Made by a program: the position numbers and the translations under genes
The notes under the pieces: model-generated
What the model saw: only the letters and a program-made list of their open reading frames with translations
Database searches by the model: none
Told to the model about the DNA's origin: nothing
NCBI GenBank assembly: GCA_002269645.1
Contig: NIVC01001124.1
Coordinates: 124,001 to 188,000, forward strand
DNA: 64,000 nt
Origin: Macrostomum lignano
Lineage: Eukaryota
Direction: 5' to 3'
In this document: piece by piece, positions 12,261 through 25,800 of the stretch
How positions within the stretch are numbered: the first letter of the stretch is position 1
Layout of the letters: each line of letters opens with the position of its first letter

Positions 12261-15200
12261 TTACAGTTCCGGAGACTCCCAATTCACCGGACGCGAGTCC
12301 GAACGCTCCGATTTCGTGATTCGAACCTGACCGATTGGGAGTTCTGAAAGGCGCGTCGTAGAAAAGGGATTTGGGAAGCAAAGTAAGACACCGTTTTTTT
12401 GACTAGAAAAAAGTTACACGGTCTAGCAGTGTGCTGAGTTTGTGGGAATCAAAGGGTTCCTTAAACCTAACCCACTGATCACCTGGGGCACTGCAACAAC
12501 CCACTGATCACCTGGGGCACTGCAACAACCCACTGATCACCTGGGGCACTGCAACAACCCACTGATCACCTGGGGCACTGCAACAACCCACTGATCACCT
12601 GGGGCACTGCAACAACCCACTGATCACCTGGGGCACTGCAACAACCCACTGATCACCTGGGGCACTGCAACAACCCACTGATCACCTGGGGCACTGCAAC
12701 AACCCACTGATCACATGGGGCACTGCAACAACCCACTGATCACTGTAGAAATAAACTGCTATATAAAGCTACAGCACTTCGCACTGTCATTATACACGAA
12801 TCAGTTCAGAACCTTCACCATTATAGTTAATTAGGCAGTTAACCAAGCATATTGAGCATATTATCCGGGTAAATGCAAGTTTGAGTTACAAAATGCACTA
12901 TAAATATGCAGCCAATTTTAGTATCATGAAAACTGTGTTATGGAAATTCCAATTCAATTTTAAAGAGCTGTTTACTAATTAGCAAAAATATGCAATTATG
13001 CTACTATTAATGAGTTAATCAATGTAGGTTTAGCAGTCTACTAAAAGCAGGGTAGGCATTGTTAATTAAATAATCCAATGCAGCAAAGTGCATCTCTGTG
13101 TGGTTTAAACAGAAGTCTGCACAGGAGCAACCACCAAATTATTGATAGATGCACTTTAATGAATGCAAAAATCAGCAGCTAATACTTGCAGTAGTGGGCT
13201 GGTTCAAAATCAAAAGAGACACGCTCGTTAGTAATGCTTCAGTGTGAAGGTAGAAGTTGCTGAAATATTCAACGATTTCATAACAGAGAGAACTATTAAT
13301 ATGACGAAAAGTGAGTAGCAAAAAAGTAGCTGGGGTTGAGACTGTGAACTAAGTACACGATTCTCAGTAGCTTAGCATTGCGGGCCAGCCTTAGCCATGA
13401 GGGTACGGATAGAAACCTGAGGGTATGGAGGGGAACCTGAGGGCATGGAGGGGAAGCTGAGGGCATAGAGGGGAAGCTGAGGGCATGGAGGGGAAGCTGA
13501 GGGCATGGAGGGGAAGCTGAGGACATGGAGGGGAAGCTGAGGGCATAGAGGGGAAGCTGAGGGCATGGAAGGGAACCTGATTGCATGGAGGGGAATCTGA
13601 GGGTACGGAGGGAAACCTGAGGGCATGGAGGGGAACCTGAAAGTTGGAGGGGACCTGAGGGTATGGAGGGGAATCTGAGGGTATGGAGGGGAATCTGAGG
13701 GTATGGAGGGTAAACTGAGGGTATGGAGGGGGACCTGAGGGTATGGAGGGGAATCTGAGGGTATGGAGGGTAAACTGAGGGTATGGAGGGGACCTGAGGG
13801 TATGGAGGGGAAACTGAGGGTATGGAGGGGAAACTGAGGGTATGGAGGGGACTTGAGGGTATGGAGGGGGACCTGAGGGTATGGAGGGGAAACTGAGGGC
13901 ATGGAGGGGACTTGAGGGTATGGAGGGGGACCTGAGGGCATGGAGGGGAAACTGAGGGCATGGAGGAACCTGATTGTATGGAGGGGAACCTGATTGTATG
14001 GAGGGGAAACTGAGGGCATGGAGGGGACTTGAGGGTATGGAGGGGGACCTGAGGGTATGGAGGGGAAACTGAGGGCATGGAGGAACCTGATTGTATGGAG
14101 GGGAACCTGATTGTATGGAGGGGAAACTGAGGGTATGGAGGGGACTTGAGGGTATGGAGGGGGACCTGAGGGTATGGAGGGGAAACTGAGGGCATGGAGG
14201 GGACCTGAGGGTATGGATAGAAACCTGAGGGTATGGAGGGGACCTGAGGGTATGGAGGGGACCTGAGGGTATGGAGGGGACCTGAGGGTATGGACGGAAA
14301 ACTGAGGGTATGGAGGGGAACCTGAGGGTATGGAGGGGAATCTGAGGGCATGGAGGGGAACCTGATTGTATGGAGGGGAATCTGAGGGTATGGAGGGGGA
14401 CCTGAGGGTATGGAGGGGAAACTGAGGGTATGGAGGGGACCTTGAGGGCATGGAGGGGAACCTGATTGTATGGAGGGGAACCTGATTGTATGGAGGGGAA
14501 ACTGAGGGTATGGAGGGGACCTGAGGGTATGGAGGGGGACCTGAGGGTATGGAGGGAAACCTGAGGGTATGGAGGGAAACCTGAGGGTATGGAGGGGAAA
14601 CTGAGGGTATGGAGGGGGACCTGAGGGTATGGAGGGGGACCTGAGGGTATGGAGGGGAATCTGAGGGCATGGAGGAACCTGATTGTATGGAGGGGAACCT
14701 GATTGTATGGAGGGGAAACTGAGGGTATGGAGGGAAACCTGAGGGTATGGAGGGAAACCTGAGGGTATAGAGGGGAAACTGAGGGTATGGAGGGGGACCT
14801 GAGGGTATGGAGGGGGACCTGAGGGTATGGAGGGGAATCTGAGGGCATGGAGGAACCTGATTGTATGGAGGGGAACCTGATTGTATGGAGGGGAAACTGA
14901 GGGTATGGAGGGGACTTGAGGGTATGGAGGGGAAACTGAGGGTATGGAGGGGAAACTGAGGGTATGGAGGGAAACCTGAGGGTATGGAGGGGGACCTGAG
15001 GGTATGGAGGGGGACCTGAGGGTATGGAGGGGGACCTGAGGGTATGGAGGGGAAACGGAGGGTATGGAGGGGAAACGGAGGGTATGGAGGGGGACCTGAG
15101 GGTATGGAGGGGGGCCTGAGGGTATGGAGGGGGACCTGAGGGTATGGAGGGGGACCTGAGGGTATGGAGGGGGACCTGAGGGTATGGAGGGGGACCTGAG

Positions 15201-15882
15201 GGTATGGAGGGGAAACTGAGGGTATGGAGGGGGACCTGAGGGTATGGAGGGGAACCTGAGGGTACGGAAGCGTGACAAAGCAACCCAGATCACAACATGT
15301 GCAGACACGGGAAGCAGAGGAGCAGAGTTGATTACGTGTGCACAGGACTCACCCTCGGCCTGCGCCACGGAAGCGGTCTCCGTGCTGCCGTACTGCGGTT
15401 CGCCGCGTCGCCTGCCGCCACCGGCCCCGGCGCCGTTGCTCAGCAGGCCCTCAGCCGACGACAACTCTCTGGCGCCGTTGTCCTCCTGATCGTCGAACTC
15501 GCCCCCATCTGTGTTGCTAATAACGCCGGCACCGACGCCGTCAGCGTAGGGTTCGCCGTCTGAGTTATTTTCGTCGTCGCGCCAGGGCCGAACGTTCAGC
15601 AGCGATGGCTGGGTCGGGCCGAACAGCACGTAGCAACAATTGGCACAGCCGTCGCCCCGATCGAACGGATTGATGCAGTCCGGATTGCGTTTCTTGTTGA
15701 ATACGCCTTTGATCTGGCAGAGAAGTAGCGCACATTTATATGCAAATGTACAGGTATGTACACAGATTGCTTCACTGCTACTCTTAGTAGTTGACGCGAA
15801 TTTTTATATTTATGGTTCATGTAATTTAAATTTACGAATATTGAAAGACATACGGGACGACCAGCCAGCCCGTCCGCCCGCC

Positions 15883-15931
<49 letters not shown>

Positions 15932-18444
15932 CACAGGCATACGAGTAGAGACAGGCAGACACACACACACAGACAGACAGACAGACAGACAGACACACAC
16001 ACACACACACACACAGACAGACAGACACACAGGCATAGAGACAGGCAGACACACACACACAGACAGACAGACAGACACACACACACACATACAAACAAAC
16101 AGACAGACAGACACACAGGCATAGAGACAGGCAGACACACACACAGACAGACAGACACACACACACACACACACACATACAGACAGACAGACACACAGGC
16201 ATAGAGACAGGCAGACACACACACACACACAGACAGACAGACAGACAGACAGACACACAGGCATAGAGACAGGCAGACACACACACACACATACAGACAG
16301 ACAGACAGACAGACACACAGGCATAGAGACAGGCAGACACACACACACACAGAGACAGACAGACAGATAGAGATTCCAGACACAAAGACTGATAGGCCTC
16401 AGATGCAGAGGCCCTAGAAAGTTCTAACTCACTGAGGGCCCAAAATGGCAGAGGCTGTTTTACAGCCGTAAATGCTCCTGGGTCCGGTCGGCCCAGTGCT
16501 CGTAAAAATACAATAAAAAGCTGCAACCAGATGTGCTTACGTCCTCATTAGTAGAGACCTCGCGGCACATGAGCAGCACATGGAAGCCGGCCAGGCCCAT
16601 CACTGACCAGATGGAGAAGAAGGCCACCAAAGCCACCAAGATAGTGCAAGCGGCAATTTTGATTTTTTGTTCGGTTAAGGAAAAAGTCATGATACTTTTG
16701 CGGCACAAAAATAAATAAAAACACAAAATAAAAATTATTACTCCCTTAATTCGATAATTTTAGCGAATAAAAAGGATATCTTGCAGGCGACTCTTTCAAT
16801 GCGTCAAATAAGTTGTCCTTGGCCTTCGCAACTGAAAGAGAAAGGATAAAAAGATGCGTTCTTAGTATTGACTTTCAAAAACCAGTTCAATGCCTAGGGT
16901 GTGGCTGCTCAGCCTGAGGATCTGGGAGGCTGGCTACTCAGTCAGAGTATCAGGGAGGCTGGCTACTCAGCCTGAGGATCTGGGAGGCTGGCTGCTCAGC
17001 CTGAGGATCTGGGAGGCTGGCTGCTCAGCCTGAGGATCTGGGAGGCTGGCTGCTCAGCCTGAGGATCTGGGAGTGTGACTGCTAAGAGAATATTCGTAGC
17101 AACAAGAGTTCACAAATAAAATTGTACTCACGAATGGCAATATTGGCAATGGAGAACACCATAATGTAGACGCAGTACACGGATAGACTGGCCAGAAACA
17201 TGAAAAAGTATCGATAATTCCGCCTGCCAACGCAGTTGCCAACCCAGGGGCAGTGGTGATCGAATCTGTCAACGCAATTGTCGCAGCTGGAGCAGTGGCT
17301 GGCCCTGGGCGGGCGCCACAGTTTGCAGGTGTAGCAGTACTTCAGTTTGAACACGCGACCGCCGATTACAACATCTTTGAGGCGAGGCTGCGGCCTGTAG
17401 GCGCCATGCGGCTCGGCTTTGGGCGGCTCTGGATTGAGGAGAGGAACAGAGGTGTTGAAGGACTTGGATCATTAAGGGGGATATTTAAGGTAAGAATTCA
17501 ATTTTAGTATATAGGAGGGACAGGAGCATTAGGAGTCGATTTTCGGAGTACCTACCTACATGGACTTAAAGCGGGATTTAAAAGAAAAATATGAAGCCAT
17601 TTTTTCGCCCCGTTAAACTATCAAGGGGATCCCTTTGAAAGCAGTCACACGAAAGTCAAGTTCACGGGTTAAAGTCTTGTTGCACAGCTTCTTTTTAAAA
17701 CAATGAATAACAATTCCATGGTCAACCTGTTGCCATCTGATGAATGGCTAGAAGCTCCGCCTCGGTGAAGGCCAGTGACCAACAAAGTCAAAGCTGATGC
17801 AGACAAATGCAGTTAGCGCGCTGATGAAACTTGGAAGCTTGGCAAGGCCGCACTGATGCGCAGTGCTGATTGGCGCACAGGGGTGCATTGAATACACTAG
17901 CGCTTAAGCGTCAACACCACGATTATTGAACGACTTTTTCGCGACTCTTTTTTACGATTTTACAACTCACGTGACGCGCTTGTGACGCAAGAGTCGCCTC
18001 TCTGGCGGCTTTTTGAGTCGTTAAAAAGTCAAAAAAGTTGCCCCACGGTCGCTACAGTCACCAATGAGTTGTTTCCAAAGGCTCTTTAGCAATTCTTGTG
18101 ACAGTATTGTCTTCAACGGGATGTTCACTCTAGGACTTACCGATCTCCTCCTCAATCCAGGCTGCCTCCTCAGGCGTGCCCCTGGGAACAATGCCCGGAT
18201 CTGAGCAGGTGGTCCTGAACAGGCAGCACAGGACGAATACAAACTGTACAGCGGCAGCAGCTGGGACAGCCGGAGACAGACTGGCTGCTAAGAGCCGACA
18301 ATCGAATGCGAAGAACAGAGCCGAGCAAATTATGATTAAGCCAAGAGTCAGGTAGAAAATTGCCATATTTCTAGCCATAACGCAGCGACCACCGCAGGCA
18401 ATGCGACTGCGGCCGCGATACTCTCGCCAAGGCGGCTCCGGCAT
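12261..18444 (-). CDS. ZDHHC9/14/18: DHHC palmitoyltransferase of the ZDHHC9/14/18 (Erf2) subfamily, ~399 aa, 6 coding exons
   Basis: Exons 18444-18141, 17428-17132, 16831-16780, 16643-16541, 15713-15353 and 12343-12261 sum to 1200 nt with matching phases. Motifs: CGGRC..., [59 protein letters not shown]...[37 protein letters not shown]. The last exon and the exact start are less certain. Confidence 0.93.
12469..12744. repeat. 29-bp perfect tandem repeat (aacccactgatcacctggggcactgcaac), ~9 copies, in the last ZDHHC intron
   Basis: Directly visible; no spacers between copies. Confidence 0.95.
13399..15268. repeat. G-rich 18-20 bp minisatellite (ctgagggtatggaggggaa/gac), ~1.85 kb, in the last ZDHHC intron
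   Basis: Directly visible; bounded at both ends by gagggtacgga. Confidence 0.97.
15882..16370. repeat. Compound (AGAC)n/(AC)n microsatellite with recurring acacaggcatagagacaggc blocks
   Basis: Directly visible. Confidence 0.95.
16644..16779 (-). other. U12-type (minor spliceosome) AT-AC intron, 136 nt
   Basis: 5' splice site ATATCCTTT, branch point TTCCTTAAC (16682-16674) and 3' splice site CAC. Splicing restores [19 protein letters not shown]. Confidence 0.88.
16905..17073. repeat. 29-bp tandem repeat (ggctggctgctcagcctgaggatctggga) in a ZDHHC intron
   Basis: Directly visible, ~5-6 copies. Confidence 0.9.
17609..18120. mobile_element. Dispersed repeat, probable MITE (termini cccgttaaa / ttcaacggg), paralogous to the repeat at ~62550-63160
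   Basis: Shares the block cacgtgacgcgcttgtgacgcaa..gtcgcctctc..gagtcgttaaaaagtca..ttcaacggg with 62870-63160. No TSD found. Confidence 0.6.
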
Positions 18445-18735
18445 GCTTGGCGGCAGGTGAGGAGCGAGTGGACTGGCAGGTCTAATTGGGACTTAGCTTA
18501 AAGCCGCATTAGCAACTCCAGGAGCAGGATCTCTTAGCAGTAGAGAGGGATCAGTATCTAGAGGTCTGCAATAAGGATTAATTTGAAGGACTCAGGGGAA
18601 ATCTAATTGCAATTGGAATTTCTAGCCATAGCAGTGCTATATCAAGTGAGATATATTTTGGCAAGAACAAATCACAACAATTAGGGATAAATGGCACAGA
18701 AATATGTTAGTAATATATTAACATTCTACAGGACT

Positions 18736-19035
18736 CATACATGTGCAACCTCCAAAATTCGGTCAGCCGTGCGACTTAGTTTTTAACAAAAAATGCGACG
18801 TAGTTTTTGGCCAAAAATGCGACTTACATATAAAAAAACCCGAAAGCAAAATTAACGCAACTTTGGGTAAACGGCAGGAGTAACTATGACTGTTTTATTA
18901 AGCTAAAATGCCTCGTCAGCTACTTAGTACTACTCTTCAGGTTATTTTTTGGGTGGGCATTTTTGCGACTTCCTTGATTGGCCGCCAAATCGGTCGGCCG
19001 GATCGGCCGACTCGGCCGACTGTTGCGCATGTATG
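18736..19035. mobile_element. hAT-type MITE, 300 bp
   Basis: TIR catacatgtgcaac / gttgcgcatgtatg; perfect 8-bp TSD acaggact at 18728-18735 and 19036-19043. Confidence 0.88.
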
Positions 19036-20707
19036 ACAGGACTTGTCAACTTTCAAGTCTGTAAGTGTACACATCCTTGTGCAACTAGGCCCCCAGAGAC
19101 TGGCTTTTGGTGTTGATTATCAGATAGAAATAGGCCTGTCAAATTTTGAAAAATATCATTCAGTTAGATAGGCCCTAGCTATCATACTACTTCAAGTTGT
19201 AATTATGATAGTTATTCTACCTTCTAAATAAGTTCACTGTTGTTACCAAGTTGTCATAGTGCTGACTTACTTAAAGTCTTAACTGCTATTACCAAAGTTA
19301 TAATGGGGTTTTACTAATTTCACTAATGCCATCAAGTTGTAATAAACTATAATTAACCTTTAAGCATAAGTCCTAACCCTATTGGAATAAAATAAAAAGC
19401 TATATATGACATGCAGGGATACTTCAAAGGGCTATAAACATGCTGGTCTATTAGAAGTGGTTTTGGCACTCCTGTGTAATAAAAAAAGTTATGTGCATAT
19501 GCAACTAGGTAAAAGGCAAAGTATAATTCTATTTAGATAGGCAAATGACTTATCATATATTATAATCCTATTTAGATAGACAAATGACATCATATATTAT
19601 AATCCTATTTAGATAGGCAAATGACTTATCATATAATTAATCTGCTATTAGCCAGTGCTCTAATGTGTAATAAGACATTAATATTCCATGGCATTTAGAA
19701 CTAGGTTCCAAAAAGACTGCATAGCAATTGGTAGCGCAATTGATACCCTAGCTTCCAAAAGGGGATAGCAAAGAATTTGAACATTCAACTTATTGATTTG
19801 TATACAGTGAACTAGCCAAGCTATTGCATTTTCATAGGCCTATTAGTGGTCAATAAGTGGCAATACTAGAAGCATAGCATGTGTATAATATTATAGTAAA
19901 AATGTAGTTGTCATTTGAGACTAGGTAGAATTTTAGATGTTAACCTTATTTTCTTGGTTTTAATATTGGTTGTTATCTATTGTTTTTATGCCATTTATTT
20001 CAATTTTTTTATTCTTATTTTTTAAAAATGATTAGGATTATAAAAAAAAATCATATTTAACATCCAATAAAATAAAAATGATCAAAATAACCTAGCTTTT
20101 AATGATTCAATAGATTGTCAAAAAATTTAGGCCTATTTCCTAATTTTGCAAAAAGTAGAAAATCATAAGCATAAAATATAATTTTTTCATTTTTCATTTT
20201 TGTCTTGACATATTTTTGTATGCAATATAAGTCAGTTGGTATACATTTGTGTAAAAGACTCAAAGAGCTATGCCTAGGGAAACAAATTTTGTTCCAGTAA
20301 ACACTAGGGGCCTAATATACAATGCTGATACTAGAATTTATATATATATTATTCTTATATATAAGAATATAAGAAAATATATAAAAATAGGTTAGGAAAA
20401 TTGATTTTAATTTGTTTTAATTAAAAGAAATTCCTAGGTTTTAATAGCTTATAAATACAATAATAACTTCTGATCAAAGAATACAACTTATAAGTGATTA
20501 GAATAATGCCAATGCCAAGCAAACTAAATATAATGTTCATAATTTCTAGAGGTACTATTAAAATGTTCATTGCTTTTAGAAAATTTTCAAAAATTTTTTA
20601 AAGGGGGCCCAGATTAATAAGGTATGCCTACTTAGTAATTGATTTTTATGCATTCGATGATTTATTACCAAAAAAAATCTAACTCGATTCAAACTAGGCC
20701 TAACCGC

Positions 20708-21117
20708 GGCAATGTCCTAGTTTCTCGCATTAAATTATTTTGACCCAATTTTTGTCATTTTCAGCACAAATCATGGCTGGATGACCTCGAGCACTGCAAA
20801 TATCATACCTCCTGCTAATTTGCAGCAATCAGCTGACCTCTGTGACCTTGAGATCAGTCACTGCGATCTGGTACTGTTGACAGTTGATGCTGAGTCGACT
20901 ATGCATTGGCTGGCAACCTATCATCTAATAGCAAACTCATCTCATGGAACTGCAGCCACCGTCAGGAAGCTTTCTGTACTGGCTGACACATTACTACACC
21001 GTGTAATACTCCTTTTAAGACCTAAGACTCACTTTAAACTTTTAATAAACTTGCTTTTGTTTGTTCATTTTAAATTTTGGGTCAAAATAATTCAACGCGG
21101 GAAACTAGGACATTGCC
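20708..21117. mobile_element. MITE with ~40-bp TIRs and GGCAA termini (Merlin-like)
   Basis: ggcaatgtcctagtttctcgcattaaattattttgacccaa matches the reverse complement of 21075-21117; imperfect 8-bp TSD ctaaccgc / aaaaccgc. Confidence 0.72.
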
Positions 21118-21676
21118 AAAACCGCTACTGCACTGCAACAGAACAGACTGATGTTATCGCAGGTCGTTTTGGTCTAAAATTTACTAACGAATACAATTTT
21201 TCATGGCTTTTAAATTTTATAAATTTTAAATTCATCTCTGCATGATAGATGATACTGCATGGCATCGGAGTCGGACTAATTCAATACGACGACAATAAGC
21301 TGTCGCTGACAACCATCAGTCAATTTTCTTAGAAAAAGGACAAAAAAGTCTTTTAAAGAATTAAAAATATACTTATAGCTTAAACAAAACATGTAAAAAT
21401 TCCAAACTAAAAAAGGCTTTTTAGACTTCCAAACTCATCTAAGATACTAAAAAACCCAGAGCAAAGACAGACTAAAAAAGAATGGCACAGTTTTAGTAAC
21501 GGCCGTTTCCAATGTGATTCAGGTTGGAATGTCGTATTGACAGCTGACTGTACAGTTTATAAGCATCAGGTATTTAAGATGTAATTAAACGATGCTTAGT
21601 TTGTCCTTTAATTTATATTTTCCATTTTCCATTTGGTTTGAGAAAGAAGCCAAATTCTGCCTAAATAAGTGATGTC

Positions 21677-22071
21677 CAGTAGAGTAGCTAGGGGGGGGGG
21701 GGAATACGGGGATATATCCCCCCATTTTGATGATTTAAAGGAAACGAAAAAGATTTTTTGAAAAAATGCAAAATAAAGCGGCTTAGACCTATCAAAGTTG
21801 CCAAAAATTGGCCTATTTCACTCGTAAATTACTATTTAAATGTTTTAAACGATATTTCCACCAATACCTAGTTCCTGAAATGCCATGTAGTCAGGACAGA
21901 CGTCTGCCGGCTTTTCTGATTTTAACAAAAGAAAGTTTTTTTAGCCTAATAAACATGGTTTTGGTACTTTAAATGCATTTTTAGCAGAAAAATCGCCAAA
22001 AAACTATTTTATTAGTATACAATTTTGTCCATTTAAGTTATCCCCTCTTTAAAATCCTAGCTACGCTACTG
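21677..22071. mobile_element. hAT-type MITE, 395 bp
   Basis: TIR cagtagagtagctagg / cctagctacgctactg; perfect 8-bp TSD gtgatgtc at 21669-21676 and 22072-22079. Confidence 0.9.
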
Positions 22072-22858
22072 GTGATGTCATAAGGCATTAATCTAAAACC
22101 AGTGACTGATCCGGGCACACAATGCGATGCAGTTTAAAATTAACCAAAAAGAAACTTGATGTCTTTTTATAATTGACTGGAACGCATGTTTCAGCGAAAA
22201 AAATCTAATTTAACAGCAAGACATAAGGCGAGGCAAAAAATTAAAGAAAATACAAAATATCAAATAATCTAGATGGGTATTCATTGCATTCTGTGTCTCC
22301 AAAAAATATCTGAATCAAGCAGATGCACAAAATGATGAGCAGAATCTGGAATCGATCGCGAAAACAAATCACAATTTGGCTGGAGAGAAAATGACGGAAA
22401 ATTCCGACTAAAAAGGACGGAGGTAGAAATCAGCTTTTGTGGACCGAAAAAAATCTGGATGCAATAAATCAAAGAAACATTATATAGGTATCTAATAGCT
22501 GAAAATTGGCAGATGTACAGATATATATATATTAAAAATAGTATGAAATATATAGTAATAATTTGGCCCGATAGAGAATGAAGGAAACTTAGCGACTTTT
22601 GGCAGACGCGTCGGAATAAAAATTCCTGTGGCGCAGAAAAAAACATAATGACAGACTTGAAATCGAAAAGCATTTGAGCAAAATGAAAATCATTAATAAG
22701 CATAAATTTAAATGTAAAAAATCAACAAAGAGATCGGTCTAGTATTAAAGTTGTTTCTATTATAGATTTTGATCTGATGTACAGAGTGTATCTTTTATTA
22801 AACTCCTATTCGACATTAAGTTTGCCTAAACGATTTGTGATTCAAAGCTTTAACAAGA

Positions 22859-25800
22859 TCAAGGAGACGATTTTGCTGATGTGGTGTCCGATTTCGGCGA
22901 TCGATTTTCGCTGGGTCCCGGGATTACGGGCGACCGCTGCTGTTGCTGCTGTTGCTGCAACAGGCCCTCGACCAGCGGCTTGCAGTTGCTCCAATGCTCC
23001 GCAATCTGATATGGAATTAAATTGGTACAGAAAATGGTAAGTAGCTCGTAGGTAAGTAGGGTAGGTAGGTAGGTAGGTAGGTAGGTAGGTAGGTAGGTAG
23101 GTAGGTAGGTAGGTAGGTAGTATTAACTTTTATGAGTGAATAAAGGAATAAAGAAACAACGGAATCAGTGAGTTAATAAATCATTAAATGAAGGAATCAG
23201 TGAATGAAAGAATTAGGGAATAAAGGAGTCAATGAATGAGGATATCAGCGAATGAAGGCATTAGTGAATGACATAATTAATGAATGAAAAAAATGAGAAT
23301 GAAAGAATCAGTGAATGAAGGAATCAGTGAATGAAAGATTCAGTGAATTGAGAAATCAGTGAATTGAGAAATCAGTGAATGAAGAAAGCAGTGAATGAAA
23401 GAATCAGTGAATTGAGGAAACAGGGAATTAAAAAATCTGTGAAAGAACACATCTGTGAATAAAGGAAGACACTAATGAATGAAATAGCTCCAGTGAATTG
23501 AGGTAGAACAATAAATATTCTGGCATAGTAAAGACGAACCTGAGCGTGACCGACAATCTGTGAGCCGGTGAGCGACAGCAGCAGTGAGCGAACCAGCGGC
23601 AGATTGGCCTGCACCAGCTGAGTCTCCAGGCCCAGGCAAAAGTTGGCAAAGTGAGTCCTGGCCTCCAGATCCTGCAGCACCGACTCGTGCTTGGCGATGC
23701 GATTCTCCAGGTCTTCAACGGCCCAGCGGTCGCGGCCGGCCATGTGATGCGAGCTGGCGCGCTTTTTAAAGTCCGTCAAGTTGCGCATCGACCGATCGTG
23801 ATCGCGCTTGAGGTGCTTCACGCGCTCGGCTAGTTGCTAAGGCGGCAAATTTGGGGAGCCATAATAATGTCCGATTGTTCGTCTGTTCATTCACAGATTC
23901 CCAAATTAACTATAATTCGCTCTAAAGTGATTAATCCGTTCGGTGACGGATTTCGGGCTAATTTAAAGGTATGCTATTCACAGCTCCCCCCCCCCCTTAG
24001 TTCACCGATCGCTATTCACAGCTCTCCCAGTTCACCGATCTGCTATTCACAGCTCCCCCGAGTTCACCAATCTGTTATTCACAGCTCCCCTCCTTAGTTC
24101 ACCGATCTGCTATTCACAGCTCCCCCTTAGTTCACCGATCGCTATTCACAGCTTCCCTTAGTTCACCGATCGCTATTCACAGCTCTCCCAGTTCACCAAT
24201 CTGCTATTCACAGCTCCCCCATTTCACCAATCTGCTATTCACAGCTCCCCCAGTTCACCGATCTGCTATTCACATATTCTTCAATTCACCAATCTACAAC
24301 TATTCACAGACTTCTCAATTCACAGATCCTCCTTTACGATCAGCTCACCACGAATCCGTCAATCAGCATAACCAGGTACTCGGCCGACGCCACCACCGAG
24401 TCCTCCAAGGCCGCTTTATCTTCGTATCGCGCCGCCACGCCCTGATAGGCGGCGGTCACCCGGGGCAGCCCGGCCTGCACCTGAGCCCAGCTGTCCGCCT
24501 CCGCCGACATTGCCGCCCATTCGACAGGCGGCTGCAGCTGCGGCTGCCGGCCCAGCTCGTCCAGCCGGACAGCCAAGCCGGCCACTGCGGCCCCGGCGCT
24601 ACGAGACGCCTCGGCCAGGCAGCGAAGGCAGTCGCGGCAGGCGGTCAGCCGCTGTAGGAGGCCCTGGGCGAAACGGCGCGACTCTTCGTGACGCTGAACA
24701 GCGTCTGGCGGCACCAGCTGCTTGACTGAGGCGGCCTGGGCGTGAGTCAGGAATTCGTCCAGCGGCCGGCCGAACGCGGAGCGCAACGCTTTTTCGAAGT
24801 CCTTCGTTTTGGATGGGAAAGTTAAATCCCCTTTCCATAATCAAATCATATATAGTTGTCCATAATCTCGAAGCTGGCTTTAAATATGAGATTCATTCAG
24901 ACAGACAGACAGACAGGCATGCAGGCAGACAGACAGACAGACAGACAGACAGGCAGACAGACAGGCAGACAGACAGAGACAGACAGACAGGCAGACAGAC
25001 AGACACACAGACAGGCAGGCAGGCAGACAGACAGACAGACAGCCAGACAGACAGACAGTACAGTGACTACAGTACACGCTGTACTGTACGCATCAAAGCG
25101 GCCCCACCTCTCCAGAGCAGGTGAAAAATAATCGCAGCATTTCATCGTCGCAGACGGTCGGATGCCTCGCCAGCAGGTTCAAATAGCACTGCAGGCCGCG
25201 CTCGCGCTCCTCTAGGAAGGCGGCGCCGCCGCTGCCAGACAGTGGCCGGCCTTTCCCGGGCAGCTGCGGCACAATGCGGTAGGGGTAGCGCTGCAGCAGC
25301 AGCTCGTTCAGCGAGCGGAAATCGTTATAACGCCGAAGGTTGGACGAGTCGTAACGGCGGCTGGTGACTTTGTAGACGCGGTGGCGAAACACCAGCACAC
25401 CTTTTTGCTCCTGCTGCAGAGTCACTGTCACCTGGGGAGATGAAAGAGGATTGATTATTCCACTTCGAAATCAGTTCGATTCTCAATGGATAAGAGCAGC
25501 ATTCTGAATCCCGATAACTTCAAATCCCAAATCCTCAAAATCGATAAAGAGCAGCATTCTGAATCCTGATCGCCTCAAATCCCAAATCCTCAAAATCGAT
25601 AAAGAGCAGCATTCTGAATACCGATAACCTCAAATCCCAAATCCTCAAAATCGATAAAGAGCAGCATTCTGAATCCTGATCGCCTCAAATCCCAAATCCT
25701 CAAAATCGATAAAGAGCAGCATTCTGAATACCGATAACCTCAAATCCCAAATCCTCAAAATCGATAAAGAGCAGCATTCTGAATCCTGATCGCCTCAAAT

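Noticed and set aside
12469-12744. CRISPR-like 29-bp repeat array
   Set aside because: The repeats are contiguous with no spacers, there are no cas genes, and the context is a eukaryotic intron.
13296-15283. 430-777 aa Pro/Ser-rich extensin-like ORFs
   Set aside because: All three minus frames are open because the C-rich unit cannot form stop codons. The array lies in an intron with a good donor (15352) and a downstream terminal exon.
15596-16526. Cys/Val-rich ORFs (also at 24813-25145)
   Set aside because: They are translations of (AGAC)n/(AC)n microsatellites.
16460-16726. ORF read as one continuous exon ([14 protein letters not shown]...)
   Set aside because: Its 5' part is the U12 intron, including the branch point.
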